A stretch of 64,000 nucleotides of DNA from Thermodesulfobacteriota bacterium (GTDB lineage Bacteria; Desulfobacterota; SM23-61): contig JBNAWB010000001.1 in assembly GCA_049699975.1 (NCBI GenBank), positions 24,534 through 88,533 of the forward strand, read 5' to 3'. A program made the position numbers and the translations under genes. The notes below the pieces were generated by a model, which was not told the origin of the DNA, did no database searches, and worked only from the letters and a program-made list of their open reading frames with translations. Shown piece after piece: positions 53,710 through 64,000 of this stretch. Every line of letters begins with the position of its first letter. Position 1 is the first letter of the stretch.

Positions 53710-54231
53710 ATGAGTCAATTAGTAACTTCAGTGAATCAAGCAATAAAAGAAATAACCAATCGCGAAGGGAAATATTTAACTTTTTCTCTCGGCGCGGAAG
53801 AGTATGGAATAGGTATTTTAAAGATTAAAGAGATTATTGGGATGCTGCCTATTACCGCGGTTCCCCGCACGCCACCTTTTGTAAAAGGAGTAATTAATTT
53901 GCGGGGAAAGGTTATTCCGGTGATTGACTTACGCGTTAAATTCGGCATGGAAGACAAAGCTTATACCGAGAAGACCTGCATCATCGTAGTTGAGATCAAA
54001 GGGAAAGATAATCCAATTCTTATGGGAATAGTAGTCGATGCTGTTTCGGAGGTTTTGAATATCAAAGCAGGGGAGATTGAAGAAACCCCTCGATTGGGGA
54101 CTAATCTCGATTTAGATTATATTTCTGGAATCGCGAAGATTAATGGTGGAGTAAAAATTTTATTGGATATTGATAAAGTATTGAACCAAGAAGGAATTAA
54201 TTTTTTAACTCAAAAATCCCATAGTGGATAA
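53710..54231 (+). CDS. cheW: Chemotaxis coupling protein CheW
   Basis: Single CheW domain of 173 aa. Confidence 0.9.
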   Translation: MSQLVTSVNQAIKEITNREGKYLTFSLGAEEYGIGILKIKEIIGMLPITAVPRTPPFVKGVINLRGKVIPVIDLRVKFGMEDKAYTEKTCIIVVEIKGKDNPILMGIVVDAVSEVLNIKAGEIEETPRLGTNLDLDYISGIAKINGGVKILLDIDKVLNQEGINFLTQKSHSG

Positions 54232-54257
54232 ATAAGTTTATAAATAAAGGTGGAGTT

Positions 54258-55884
54258 ATGTGGGCTAAATTAAAGCTTTCCACAAAGATTTTGCTATTAG
54301 GAGTCGTTATTATATGCTGTTTCTCCTTAGTCTTTGCTTGGCTGATACCAAAAGTTAGAAGCAATATGTACGAGGCTAAGTATCAGAAAACAAAACATAT
54401 TGTTGAATCTGCCTGGGGTGTATTAGACCATTACGCCAAGCAAGCAAAGGCAAAAGTGCTTTCCGAGGAGGAAGCAAAAAGACAAGCTAAAGAAGTCATT
54501 AAGAATCTGCGTTATGACCAAGATGATTATTTCTGGATTAACGACTTAGAGCCAAGAATGGTTATGCACCCTTTTAAAAAGGAGATGGAGGGGCAGAGTT
54601 TATCAGATTATAAAGATCCTAACGGTAAAAAGTTATTTGTTGCTTTTGTAGAGGTTTGTAAGAAATCGGGTGAAGGTTTTGTGGATTATATGTGGCCCAA
54701 ACCTGGGGCCACTAAGCCCGACCCCAAAATTTCATATGTCAAATTACTCCCCGAATGGGGATGGATTATCGGTTCTGGAATTTATATTGATGATGTGGAA
54801 AAAGAAATAAATCAAATCCTTTATGTAATAATCGGCACAGTGATAGCTGTTACAATAGGGGGGCTTTTTTTGGCTTATTTAGTGGCCCGCTTTATTTCCC
54901 GATCTATTAATCGAGTTGCTCAGGGTCTAACAGAAGGTGCAGAGCAAGTGGCCTCGGCATCAGGCCAAGTTTCCTCAGCCAGTCAAATCTTGGCTGAAGG
55001 GGCATCAGAGCAAGCAGCCGGAATTCAAGAAACTTCTTCTTCCATTGAAGAAATGTCTTCTATGACGCGCAAAAATGCGGAAAATGCCAATCAAGCCAAT
55101 ATATTAGTGATGGAAACATCACGGGCTGTAGAAGAGGCCAATCAATCCATGAAAGAATTAACGCAGTCTATGAGTGAAATTTCCAGCGCCTCAGAAGAGA
55201 CAGGAAAGATTATTAAGACTATAGATGAAATTGCCTTTCAAACTAATTTATTGGCCTTGAATGCGGCGGTAGAAGCAGCTCGGGCTGGAGAAGCTGGTGC
55301 TGGTTTTGCAGTTGTGGCCGATGAGGTGCGCAATTTAGCCATGCGGGCAGCAGAAGCTGCTAAAAACACAGCTAATTTAATCGAGGGAACAGTTAAAAAG
55401 GTTCGTAATGGATCAGAAATTTTGGCGAAAACTAACTAAGTCTTTGCCAAAGGTGGCCAGCAGTTCAAAAAAGGTACAGGAGTTAGTTGGGGAAATTGCG
55501 GCCGCTTCCCAAGAACAGGCTCAGGGCATAGAACAAATTAATAAAGCAATTTCCGAGATGGATAAGGTAGTGCAAAAGAATGCGGCTTCTGCCGAAGAGT
55601 CTGCGGCGGCGGCAGAGGAGATGAATGCGCAAGCCGAAACAATGAAGGGGTTTGTATTTGAGCTTATGAATTTGATGAATGGGCAGAATGGAAATAGCCA
55701 AACGTCTTGGGAGTTGAAAAAAGTGACTCAGGGCGAAGGACCTCTTGGAAGTCAAGACCAGAAGGGTGGTAATGGAAAAAGAAAGGTGCGTTCTATAATC
55801 AGCTGCAAGAAAGGAGGGAGGCAAATAGAAGCAAAGAAACCAGAACAAATAATCCCCATGGAGGGAGATTTTAAAGAATTTTAA
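54258..55884 (+). pseudogene. Methyl-accepting chemotaxis protein (single-Cache sensor) disrupted by in-frame TAA (55437-55439) plus +1 frameshift (~55452)
   Basis: Two ORFs (54258-55439 and 55408-55884) together reconstruct a full MCP when aligned to the MCPs at 56479 and 62707. Expected ...KTNEVFAKVASSSKKV; observed KTN*VFAKGGQQ. Confidence 0.7.
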
Positions 55885-55965
55885 AACTTTTTTCTAAGCA
55901 CTTAGATTAAACTCCTTCGATTTTGGGAAGAAGGAGACTATAAATCAAAAATAGGAGGTAAAGGT

Positions 55966-56427
55966 ATGAAAAAAATTTTGGTGCTTATTTTATTGAGTTT
56001 TTTAGTATGGGGAACCGGGGGGATAGCGTTCGCTGGAGAATTTGGAACTAAAGAGGAAGCTGAAGCTTTAGTAAAAAAGGCGATCAGCATGATCAAGACG
56101 GAAGGAAAAGAGAAAGCTTTTGCTGAGATAAATAATCCCAAGGGGAAGTTTGTCGATCGGGACCTTTATATCTTTGTTTACGATATGAACGGCAAGTGTG
56201 TAGCCCATGGGTTTAACCCAAAGATGATAGGGAAGGACTTGCTTGAAATGAAAGATGCCGATGGAAGATATTTTGTAAAAGAAAGGATTGAAATTGCCAA
56301 AACTAAGGGCAAAGGGTGGCAAGATTATAAATTTACCAATCCATTGTCAAAGAAAATCGAGCTGAAGACAGCCTACATCGAGAAAGTTGATGACCTTATC
56401 GTCGGCTGCGGCGTATATAAGAGATGA
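55966..56427 (+). CDS. Secreted stand-alone single-Cache (sCache_2-like) domain protein
   Basis: Signal peptide plus Cache motifs (DLYIFVYDMNGKCVAHGFNPKMIGKD...GWQDYKFTNP). Confidence 0.65.
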   Translation: MKKILVLILLSFLVWGTGGIAFAGEFGTKEEAEALVKKAISMIKTEGKEKAFAEINNPKGKFVDRDLYIFVYDMNGKCVAHGFNPKMIGKDLLEMKDADGRYFVKERIEIAKTKGKGWQDYKFTNPLSKKIELKTAYIEKVDDLIVGCGVYKR

Positions 56428-56478
56428 TTAAGTTTTTTCATATTTATCAAAGATGATATAAAGGCGGGGAGGGTAATT

Positions 56479-58086
56479 ATGAAGATTGGGCAATTAGTTA
56501 AGGACATGAAGCTTTCTAAAAAGTTGCTCATATCCCCCATGGTGGTAATAGTCTTTTTAATCCTCCTGGGCTGGGTCTCTTACCGAGGTTTAATTAGCCA
56601 AAAAGAAGCTATGGAAGATGTTTTTCAAAATCGCTTTAAGAATTATCAAATAAGTGCTGCTTTGGTGAATGATCTCGCCACTATGCATAGCAATTTATAT
56701 AAATTAATAAGTTGGGCTAATGCTAACTACGAAGAGAAAAAAATCCAAAGCCTCGGTAAAGAACAAATAAACATGTTGGAAAAAGCTGCGCGAGGAGTCA
56801 GCGAAGTGCAGTCAAAGAATGAACTCGCTCGGGAGGAAAAAGTTCTTTTGGGAACAATTGGAACTCAACTTGCGGAATATAAAAAAGTAGCCCTCTCCGC
56901 CATTGACCTAGCCACTTCAGATCTTAATATGGCTACTATGTACATGGGGAATGCTGATGATAAATACCAAGTATTATATAAAACCTTACAAGAACTTTTG
57001 GCTTTGGAAAACAAACTGAGCCAAGAAAGTTATATTTCTTCAATGGCAAGTTATTCCACAGCAGTAAGAATGTTTTTTATTATTATGGGAATTTCTTTAA
57101 TTATTTCCATAGGCATAAGCCTGCTCACTGCACGGAAAATTACTCATCCGCTTCACCAAGCCATGAAAGTTATCCATCAGATTGCTGAGGGGGATCTGAC
57201 TCGAGAACTTAAAGTAGAATCCCGGGATGAAGTCGGGGAATTAGCAAAATCTGTAGAAATGATGCGTCTCAAAATGAGCGAAGCAGTTGGCCAGTCAGTT
57301 TCCATGTCCCAGAGCCTTGCCGAAGCTGCCGCTGAGCAAGCAGCCTCCTTGGAGGAGACTTCTTCATCTTTAGAAGAGATGACTTCCATGACCAAACAGA
57401 ATGCCGGAAATGCCCATCAGGCTAATAGTTTGATGGATAATACCCAAGAAGTGATTAAGAAAGCAGATGGCTCTATGAGGCAATTAATTGCTTCTATGAG
57501 AGAAATCTCGACGGCGAGTGAGGAAACGGTAAAGATCATTAAAACTATTGATGAGATAGCTTTCCAGACGAATTTATTAGCTCTAAATGCGGCGGTAGAA
57601 GCAGCTCGGGCTGGAGAAGCTGGTGCTGGTTTTGCGGTAGTAGCTGATGAAGTACGCAACTTAGCGATGCGGGCCGCGGAAGCAGCCAAGAACACATCAG
57701 AGCTGATGGCTGATATTATGCGTAAGATTAAGAATGGAGAGAAGCTGGTTAATGTAACCGCTGAAGGATTTAGAGAACTCACAGATAGTTCTTCTAAGGT
57801 GGTTGGTTTAATTCAGGAGATTGCTGCTGCTTCCCAAGAGCAAGCCCAAGGGATTGAGCAAATAAACAAGGCGGTCACTGAGATGAATAATCTAACCCAA
57901 AAGAATGCGGCGGCCGCCGAGGAGTTGGCTTCCCTTATGGCCATATTCAAGACCAACGGTTCTGGAGGAAAAAGTACAGGAGCTATTTCTGTATCCCCAA
58001 AGGCAGATTTTATGGATCACATTTCGCCAAAAAGATTATCCGAAGACAAAGTGATCTCTCCCAACCTAACCGAAGCCCAAATTTAA
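56479..58086 (+). CDS. Methyl-accepting chemotaxis protein (4HB-type periplasmic sensor, HAMP, MA domain)
   Basis: TM1, a helical periplasmic domain, TM2, HAMP, and a conserved signalling domain ([37 protein letters not shown]). Confidence 0.9.
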   Translation: MKIGQLVKDMKLSKKLLISPMVVIVFLILLGWVSYRGLISQKEAMEDVFQNRFKNYQISAALVNDLATMHSNLYKLISWANANYEEKKIQSLGKEQINMLEKAARGVSEVQSKNELAREEKVLLGTIGTQLAEYKKVALSAIDLATSDLNMATMYMGNADDKYQVLYKTLQELLALENKLSQESYISSMASYSTAVRMFFIIMGISLIISIGISLLTARKITHPLHQAMKVIHQIAEGDLTRELKVESRDEVGELAKSVEMMRLKMSEAVGQSVSMSQSLAEAAAEQAASLEETSSSLEEMTSMTKQNAGNAHQANSLMDNTQEVIKKADGSMRQLIASMREISTASEETVKIIKTIDEIAFQTNLLALNAAVEAARAGEAGAGFAVVADEVRNLAMRAAEAAKNTSELMADIMRKIKNGEKLVNVTAEGFRELTDSSSKVVGLIQEIAAASQEQAQGIEQINKAVTEMNNLTQKNAAAAEELASLMAIFKTNGSGGKSTGAISVSPKADFMDHISPKRLSEDKVISPNLTEAQI

Positions 58087-58184
58087 ACTTATAAGAAAAC
58101 TATAAAAAATAAATTTATCAATGAAAGAAAATAAGAATTTTAAAAAATTTATGGTTTTACAGTCCAATGGAAAGGAAACGCAAT

Positions 58185-58658
58185 ATGGAGTTGAAAGCGG
58201 AGTTAGTCAACCCTTTTCTATCAGCTACAGTTCATGTTTTAAAGACCATGGTCAACTTGACTCCTGTGGTAGGCAAACCATACATCAAGAAAGAAAGTTC
58301 AACAAGGGGGGACATTTCTGGCATAGTGGGCATAATCGGAGATACAGAAGGTTCCTTATGTTTGACTTTCAGCAAAAATTGCATTTTATATATTGTCAGC
58401 AAGTTGTTTGGAGAAGAACAGCAGGAGATCAATGAAGAGGTAAAAGATGCTGTAGGAGAACTGACCAATATGATTTCAGGTGATGCCCGAAGGCGATTAG
58501 AGGAAATAGGCTACCATTTTCAAGGAGCGGTGCCTTCCGTTGTGTCAGGGCCCAATCATGAAATCAAGCATATCACCAAAGGGCCTATTTTAGCTATTCC
58601 CTTTAGTACCTTAGCTGGAAATTTTATAGTGGAAATTTGTTTTAAAGGAGCAAAATAA
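58185..58658 (+). CDS. cheX: CheX/CheC-family CheY-P phosphatase
   Basis: About 158 aa CheC-like fold (ELVNPFLSATVHVLKTM...GELTNMISGDA). Confidence 0.7.
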   Translation: MELKAELVNPFLSATVHVLKTMVNLTPVVGKPYIKKESSTRGDISGIVGIIGDTEGSLCLTFSKNCILYIVSKLFGEEQQEINEEVKDAVGELTNMISGDARRRLEEIGYHFQGAVPSVVSGPNHEIKHITKGPILAIPFSTLAGNFIVEICFKGAK

Positions 58659-58675
58659 TTGATAGAGATTCACTG

Positions 58676-59527
58676 ATGTCTTACTCTTTTAATTTACCTT
58701 CTTTAGAATTAAAAGATAGTGATTTTGAAAAAATTCGTAGCCTAATTTATGACCAGTGTGGGATTAATCTTACGGAGGCGAAAAAAGAATTAGTTAAAGC
58801 ACGCTTGGGTAAAAGACTCAGAAGTGGTCAATTTAAATCATTTCGTGATTATTATGAATATGTATTAAATGATGCCTCCGGGAAAGAGCTAATTCTACTA
58901 CTTGATTCGATCGCAACGAATTTCACTTTTTTCTTTAGAGAGCCCAGGCATTTCGAATATCTTAAATCTGTTTTTCTTCCCGAAATAATGAGTAGAAAAA
59001 AGAAGGGGGATAAGAAATTGAAATTTTGGAGTGCCGGTTGTTCTTCAGGGGAAGAACCATATTCTATTGTTATGACCTTGCTTGAGGCCATAGAGGCCGC
59101 TCTGGTATGGAATATAAATGTTTTGGCCACTGATCTATCTACACAGATGCTGAAAACAGCACAGGCAGGCATTTACCCAAAAGAAAAAGTTCGTGATCTT
59201 CCGCCTTTAATGATAAAAAAATATTTTTTAAGAGGAGACGGGGAATGGCAAAATTATGTCAAGATAAAGGATCAACTTAAGCAATATATTCAATTCCAGA
59301 GACTGAATCTGATGGAGCCTTTTTCTTTTGCTGAACCCTTTGATTGTATTTTTTGTCGGAATGTCATGATTTATTTTGATAAAAATAAACAAACGAGTTT
59401 AGTGAATAGGTTTTATGAATGTTTATATCCAAGAGGAATTTTGATAATCGGTCATTCCGAAAGTTTAACGGGTGTATCCCATAATTTTAAATATGAAAAG
59501 CCGTCTATTTATAGAAAGGAGCTTTAA
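58676..59527 (+). CDS. cheR: Chemotaxis protein methyltransferase CheR
   Basis: CheR N-terminal helical domain plus SAM-binding domain (KFWSAGCSSGEEPYS). Confidence 0.9.
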   Translation: MSYSFNLPSLELKDSDFEKIRSLIYDQCGINLTEAKKELVKARLGKRLRSGQFKSFRDYYEYVLNDASGKELILLLDSIATNFTFFFREPRHFEYLKSVFLPEIMSRKKKGDKKLKFWSAGCSSGEEPYSIVMTLLEAIEAALVWNINVLATDLSTQMLKTAQAGIYPKEKVRDLPPLMIKKYFLRGDGEWQNYVKIKDQLKQYIQFQRLNLMEPFSFAEPFDCIFCRNVMIYFDKNKQTSLVNRFYECLYPRGILIIGHSESLTGVSHNFKYEKPSIYRKEL

Positions 59528-59569
59528 TAACTTTACAAAGCTCCGAGTTCATCTTTAGTAAGCAAAATA

Positions 59570-60055
59570 ATGATTAAGAATATTATTGTAGGGATTGCTG
59601 ATATGAAGATAACCAATGACCCCCAAACCAATTTGGTTACTTACGCTTTGGGTTCTTGTATCGGCGTGGCTTTGTATGATCCTTTAGTTAAAGTAGGAGG
59701 ACTCCTTCATTTTATGTTGCCTGATTCCCGTATAGATCCCCTCAAAGCCAGAAAGAATCCTTGGATGTTTGCCGATACAGCTCTTCCGCTCTTTTTGGAA
59801 GAATTTTATAAATTTGGGGGGCTCAAAGAGAGAATGAAGGTCAAGATTGCCGGGGGAGCCAAGATTTTAGATGATACAGATTTTTTTAGTATTGGCAAGA
59901 AAAATTATCTGAGCTTAAGGAAAATCCTGCAATTAAATAACGTTCCCATTAATGGGGAAGATATAGGCGGGCAGGGTAATCGAACTATTACTTTAGAACT
60001 TTCCTCTGGAAAGTTATTTGTTAAGATCTCTGGAAATGGAGTGAAGGTGCTATGA
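59570..60055 (+). CDS. cheD: Chemoreceptor glutamine deamidase CheD
   Basis: CheD family (LVTYALGSCIGVALYDP...GGLLHFMLP). Confidence 0.85.
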   Translation: MIKNIIVGIADMKITNDPQTNLVTYALGSCIGVALYDPLVKVGGLLHFMLPDSRIDPLKARKNPWMFADTALPLFLEEFYKFGGLKERMKVKIAGGAKILDDTDFFSIGKKNYLSLRKILQLNNVPINGEDIGGQGNRTITLELSSGKLFVKISGNGVKVL

Positions 60056-60915
60056 GCATGGTGGAGCAAATTATCCAGGCAAGTAATAAATTGCCTCCCT
60101 TTTCTATGGTGATTCAAAAGGCCTTGCAATTGATAGAAGATCCAAAATCCTCGGCGCAGCAAGTAGTTGAAGTTATTCAATACGATCAATCTATTACTTT
60201 TAAAGTGTTAAAGGTATGCAATTCTGCTTATTTTGGTTTAAAAAGAAAGGTAAGTTCTTTAAAAGAAGCTTTAATAATGATCGGTTTTGATCAACTTTTA
60301 CAGATAGTTTTAAGTCAGGAGAGTAGTAAAATTTTTTTAAAAGACTGCTCAGGATATGATCTCCACCACGGAGACCTCTGGAGACATTCTGTGTCCTGTG
60401 CCCTCTTATCTAAGATCATCTGTAACCATGTACATGAAATTAGATCAAATGCTATTTTTACGGCTGCTTTGCTCCATGACATAGGGAAGATGGTTCTACA
60501 TAGCTATGTAAGAAATTATTTCGCAGAAATCAAATTATTGACCGAAGAGAAGGCACTCTCTTTTTCCGAGGCAGAAAAAGCTATATTAGGTATTGACCAT
60601 GCAGAGTTAGGCGGAATGATCATGGAAAAATGGTCTTTCCCTGAAGAAATAATTTTTGCTGTTCGGTATCACCATACCCCCTTATCAACTTCTAATTATT
60701 CCCAAGTGATTGATTTAGTTTATCTAAGCGATCTAATTGCGATGATGACTGGGATAGGCGGCGGAGCAGATGCCCTTAATTATCATGGCTATGAGGAAGT
60801 CATAAAGCGCCATGCTTTTAAAGAGGATGATCTGGAACATTTTATGGTGCAATTGAGCGATCAATTAGGATTGATCGAAGAGATGTTACAAGGTCACCCT
60901 AACCTCGGCCGATAA
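60052..60915 (+). CDS. HDOD domain signalling protein
   Basis: HDOD signature (LLHDIGKMVL, HAELGG..MEKW). Confidence 0.75.
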   Translation: MSMVEQIIQASNKLPPFSMVIQKALQLIEDPKSSAQQVVEVIQYDQSITFKVLKVCNSAYFGLKRKVSSLKEALIMIGFDQLLQIVLSQESSKIFLKDCSGYDLHHGDLWRHSVSCALLSKIICNHVHEIRSNAIFTAALLHDIGKMVLHSYVRNYFAEIKLLTEEKALSFSEAEKAILGIDHAELGGMIMEKWSFPEEIIFAVRYHHTPLSTSNYSQVIDLVYLSDLIAMMTGIGGGADALNYHGYEEVIKRHAFKEDDLEHFMVQLSDQLGLIEEMLQGHPNLGR

Positions 60916-60994
60916 TAAATTCATTTGCTATAAAAAAATTGGATAGGAATAGGCTTTCTCAGCAAGTGCGGAAGGAAAAAGAAGGGGATAATAA

Positions 60995-62044
<1,050 letters not shown>

Positions 62045-62074
62045 GAAGCAAATCTGCTGGCCAGGCTAAGCGAT

Positions 62075-62221
62075 ATTAATGAGTGCATTAAATAAATGAC
62101 ATCTGCTGTTCTTAACCTCTCACCTCGGTACGAGTCGATTCCGACCTAACCTTCTCCCCACGCATGGGGAGAGGGGAGGATGAGGGGAATGATTGTAAAT
62201 ATTTAATCGCTCGGAGTAATA
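62075..62221. mobile_element. MITE-like repeat, copy 2
   Basis: Same TIRs and internal ggggagagggg hairpin as 32729-32853, with a longer internal segment. Confidence 0.7.
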
Positions 62222-62235
62222 CTTTTTCTTAGACT

Positions 62236-62640
62236 AATGAAAATTATGGGATTGAGATTTTGAAGGTTAAGGAGATTATCAGGATGGTGCCGATACGTTC
62301 CGCACACTTCTTTGTTTTTAAAAAGAGTTATCAATTTGCAGGGGAAGGTAATTCCAGTAGTTGATTTGCGGCTTAAATTTGGGATGGAAGAGGTGGAGCC
62401 TACGGAGAAGACTTGTATTGTGGCAGAGGTGAAAGGTGAAAAAGATAAGACGTTAGTGGGGATCGTGGTGGATTCCGTTTCAGAAGTTTTTGAATATTAA
62501 AGCTGGGGAGGTTGAGGAGACGCCGGCTTTTGGAGCGAAGACGGATACAGACTGTATCATGGGGATGGCCAAGATGAACGGAAATTTAAAGATCTTCTTA
62601 AATATTTATCAGATCCTCAATGAAATAAATAAAAATAATT
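62236..62640 (+). pseudogene. Decayed cheW paralog (N-terminally truncated at the MITE boundary, multiple frameshifts/stops)
   Basis: The translation matches CheW 53710 in blocks (GIEILKVKEIIRMVPI | VINLQGKVIPVVDLRLKFGMEE..EKTCIV..VKGE.D..LVGIVVDSVSEVF | KAGEVEETP), but these blocks lie in different frames. Confidence 0.7.
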
Positions 62641-62706
62641 AACAGGTCGATAAAAAGATTATAACGCCCTTCTTTAGAATTTAACGATTGAAATAAGGAG
62701 GATTTT

Positions 62707-64000
62707 ATGGTCAAAAAAATTTTTAGATTAGATACTATTAATAAGAAGTTCATGATTCCAACCTTAATGTTAGTTGTAATTTTGCTCTTGGGGTTAGGAA
62801 CGATTTTGGTTATGAACCATTATTTTTCTACAAAATCTTTAATGGAATCAAAAGCGAATTTTTTATCAACTTTCCTTAAAGAAATTAGTACCCCTTATCT
62901 CAGTAATTATGACTATCGCCCGTTAGAAGGCTTTGTTCAAGAAGCGTGTAAAGACCCCGAGATAGCTTTCGTTATTTATTACGATGATCGGAATAATCCT
63001 GTAACAACGAGCGTAAAAGAGCCAACGGATACTTCTTCTTTACTGCTTTACAGACATGAGGTAAAAAACTCTGAGGGCAGGGTTGTGGGCTCTTTTAAGA
63101 TGGGTTATAAAAAAAATGTGCTTTCAGAAATTTTGCAAGGAGGAATATTTAGAATAGGTTTGAGCATCCTGATAGCTATGGGCATAATGGCCGTAGCGCT
63201 CACATTGCTTATCCGCAATATCGGCCGATCTTTAAAAGACATTTTTAAAGGTCTAAATGAGGGAATTGATCAAGTAGCATCAGCATCTGCTCAGATTTCT
63301 TCAGCCAGCCAATCTATGGCGGAGGCAACTTCAGAACAAGCAGCGGGAATTCAAGAGACTTCTTCTTCGCTTGAAGAGATGACTTCCATGACAAAGCAAA
63401 ATGCGGAGAGCGCTAATCAGGCAAACAATTTGATGATGCAGACAAGTAAGGTTGTAGAGGAAGCAAACCAAGCAATTAAGGAATTAATTCAATCAATGAA
63501 CGAGATTTCAAAGACTTCTGAAGAGATGGCCAAGATAATCAAGACTATCGACGAGATAGCTTTTCAGACTAACCTTTTGGCTCTTAATGCAGCCGTAGAG
63601 GCGGCACGAGCTGGAGAAGCGGGGGCTGGTTTTGCCGTGGTAGCTGATGAAGTAAGAAACTTGGCTATGCGCGCTGCGGAGGCGGCAAAGAATACAGCCA
63701 GCTTAATTGAAGAGTCGGTTAAGAAAATTAAAAATGGCTCTATCATTGTTACAAAGACCAATGAAGCATTCGAGAAGGTTTCTGTTAGTTCCAAGAAAGT
63801 GGCCGAGCTCATGGCTGAAATAACAGCAGCTTCTCAAGAACAGGCCCAAGGAATTGAGCAGATTAACAAAGCAGTAGCAGAGATGGATAAAGTAGTGCAG
63901 AGGAATGCGGCTTCGGCAGAGGAGTCAGCTTCGGCAGCGGAAGAGATGAATACACAGGCTGAAACAATGAAAGGTTTTGTAGAGGAATTAATGGCTTTAG
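62707..64000 (+). CDS. Methyl-accepting chemotaxis protein, 5' portion (continues beyond window end)
   Basis: AGGAGG Shine-Dalgarno, TM, a periplasmic domain, TM, HAMP, and an MA domain highly similar to the MCPs at 54258 and 56479. There is no stop before the window edge. Confidence 0.85.
   Translation, partial: MVKKIFRLDTINKKFMIPTLMLVVILLLGLGTILVMNHYFSTKSLMESKANFLSTFLKEISTPYLSNYDYRPLEGFVQEACKDPEIAFVIYYDDRNNPVTTSVKEPTDTSSLLLYRHEVKNSEGRVVGSFKMGYKKNVLSEILQGGIFRIGLSILIAMGIMAVALTLLIRNIGRSLKDIFKGLNEGIDQVASASAQISSASQSMAEATSEQAAGIQETSSSLEEMTSMTKQNAESANQANNLMMQTSKVVEEANQAIKELIQSMNEISKTSEEMAKIIKTIDEIAFQTNLLALNAAVEAARAGEAGAGFAVVADEVRNLAMRAAEAAKNTASLIEESVKKIKNGSIIVTKTNEAFEKVSVSSKKVAELMAEITAASQEQAQGIEQINKAVAEMDKVVQRNAASAEESASAAEEMNTQAETMKGFVEELMAL

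Overview
This 64 kb window is almost entirely one flagellar, motility and chemotaxis super-locus from an AT-rich bacterium. The presence of flgH and flgI (L and P rings) indicates a diderm; the source cannot be named from sequence alone. About 60 genes are present, nearly all on the + strand.

Gene order from 5' to 3':
- Start: the 3' end of a TRAP transporter permease gene, then fliL and a hypothetical gene.
- Core apparatus and export: a receiver-less sigma-54 activator gene, then flgBC-fliEFGHIJ-fliK-flgDE, a second fliL, fliMNOPQR-flhBA-flhF-flhG-fliA-cheY.
- Two small unknown ORFs, then flgFGAHI, a muramidase-less flgJ-like gene, flgN-flgKL, csrA-fliW, and flgM on the - strand.
- A putative flagellin-glycosylation island: a nucleotidyltransferase-like gene, a methyltransferase, a 1727 aa gene with predicted deacetylase, glycosyltransferase and TPR domains, and a second TPR glycosyltransferase.
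- Filament genes: a short flagellin, flaG, a large fliD, fliS, a fliT-like ORF and a response regulator.
- flbD-motA-motB on the - strand.
- Chemotaxis block: cheA, an orphan cytoplasmic histidine kinase, cheW, a disrupted Cache-type MCP, a secreted stand-alone Cache protein, a 4HB-type MCP, cheX-cheR-cheD, an HDOD protein, cheB, a decayed cheW copy, and the 5' part of another MCP.

Regulation read from the sequence:
- Five near-identical sigma-54 promoters of the form GGCAT-N5-TTGC(A/T) sit at the heads of the main operons, including the glycosylation island.
- Three sigma-28-type promoters of the form TAAR-N14/15-xCCGAxAx precede flagellin, flgM and flbD-motAB.

Points worth a second look:
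- The multi-domain putative glycosylation enzyme encoded next to flagellin.
- Two families of structured GC-rich intergenic repeats, one MITE-like with terminal inverted repeats. One copy abuts a decayed cheW gene and tandem hairpin units from this family encode the C-terminal tail of the flgJ-like ORF.
- An MCP gene broken by a stop codon plus a frameshift 15 nt apart.
- A membrane-anchored HTH protein between cheY and flgF.
- A tandem 21-nt repeat inside flgI.
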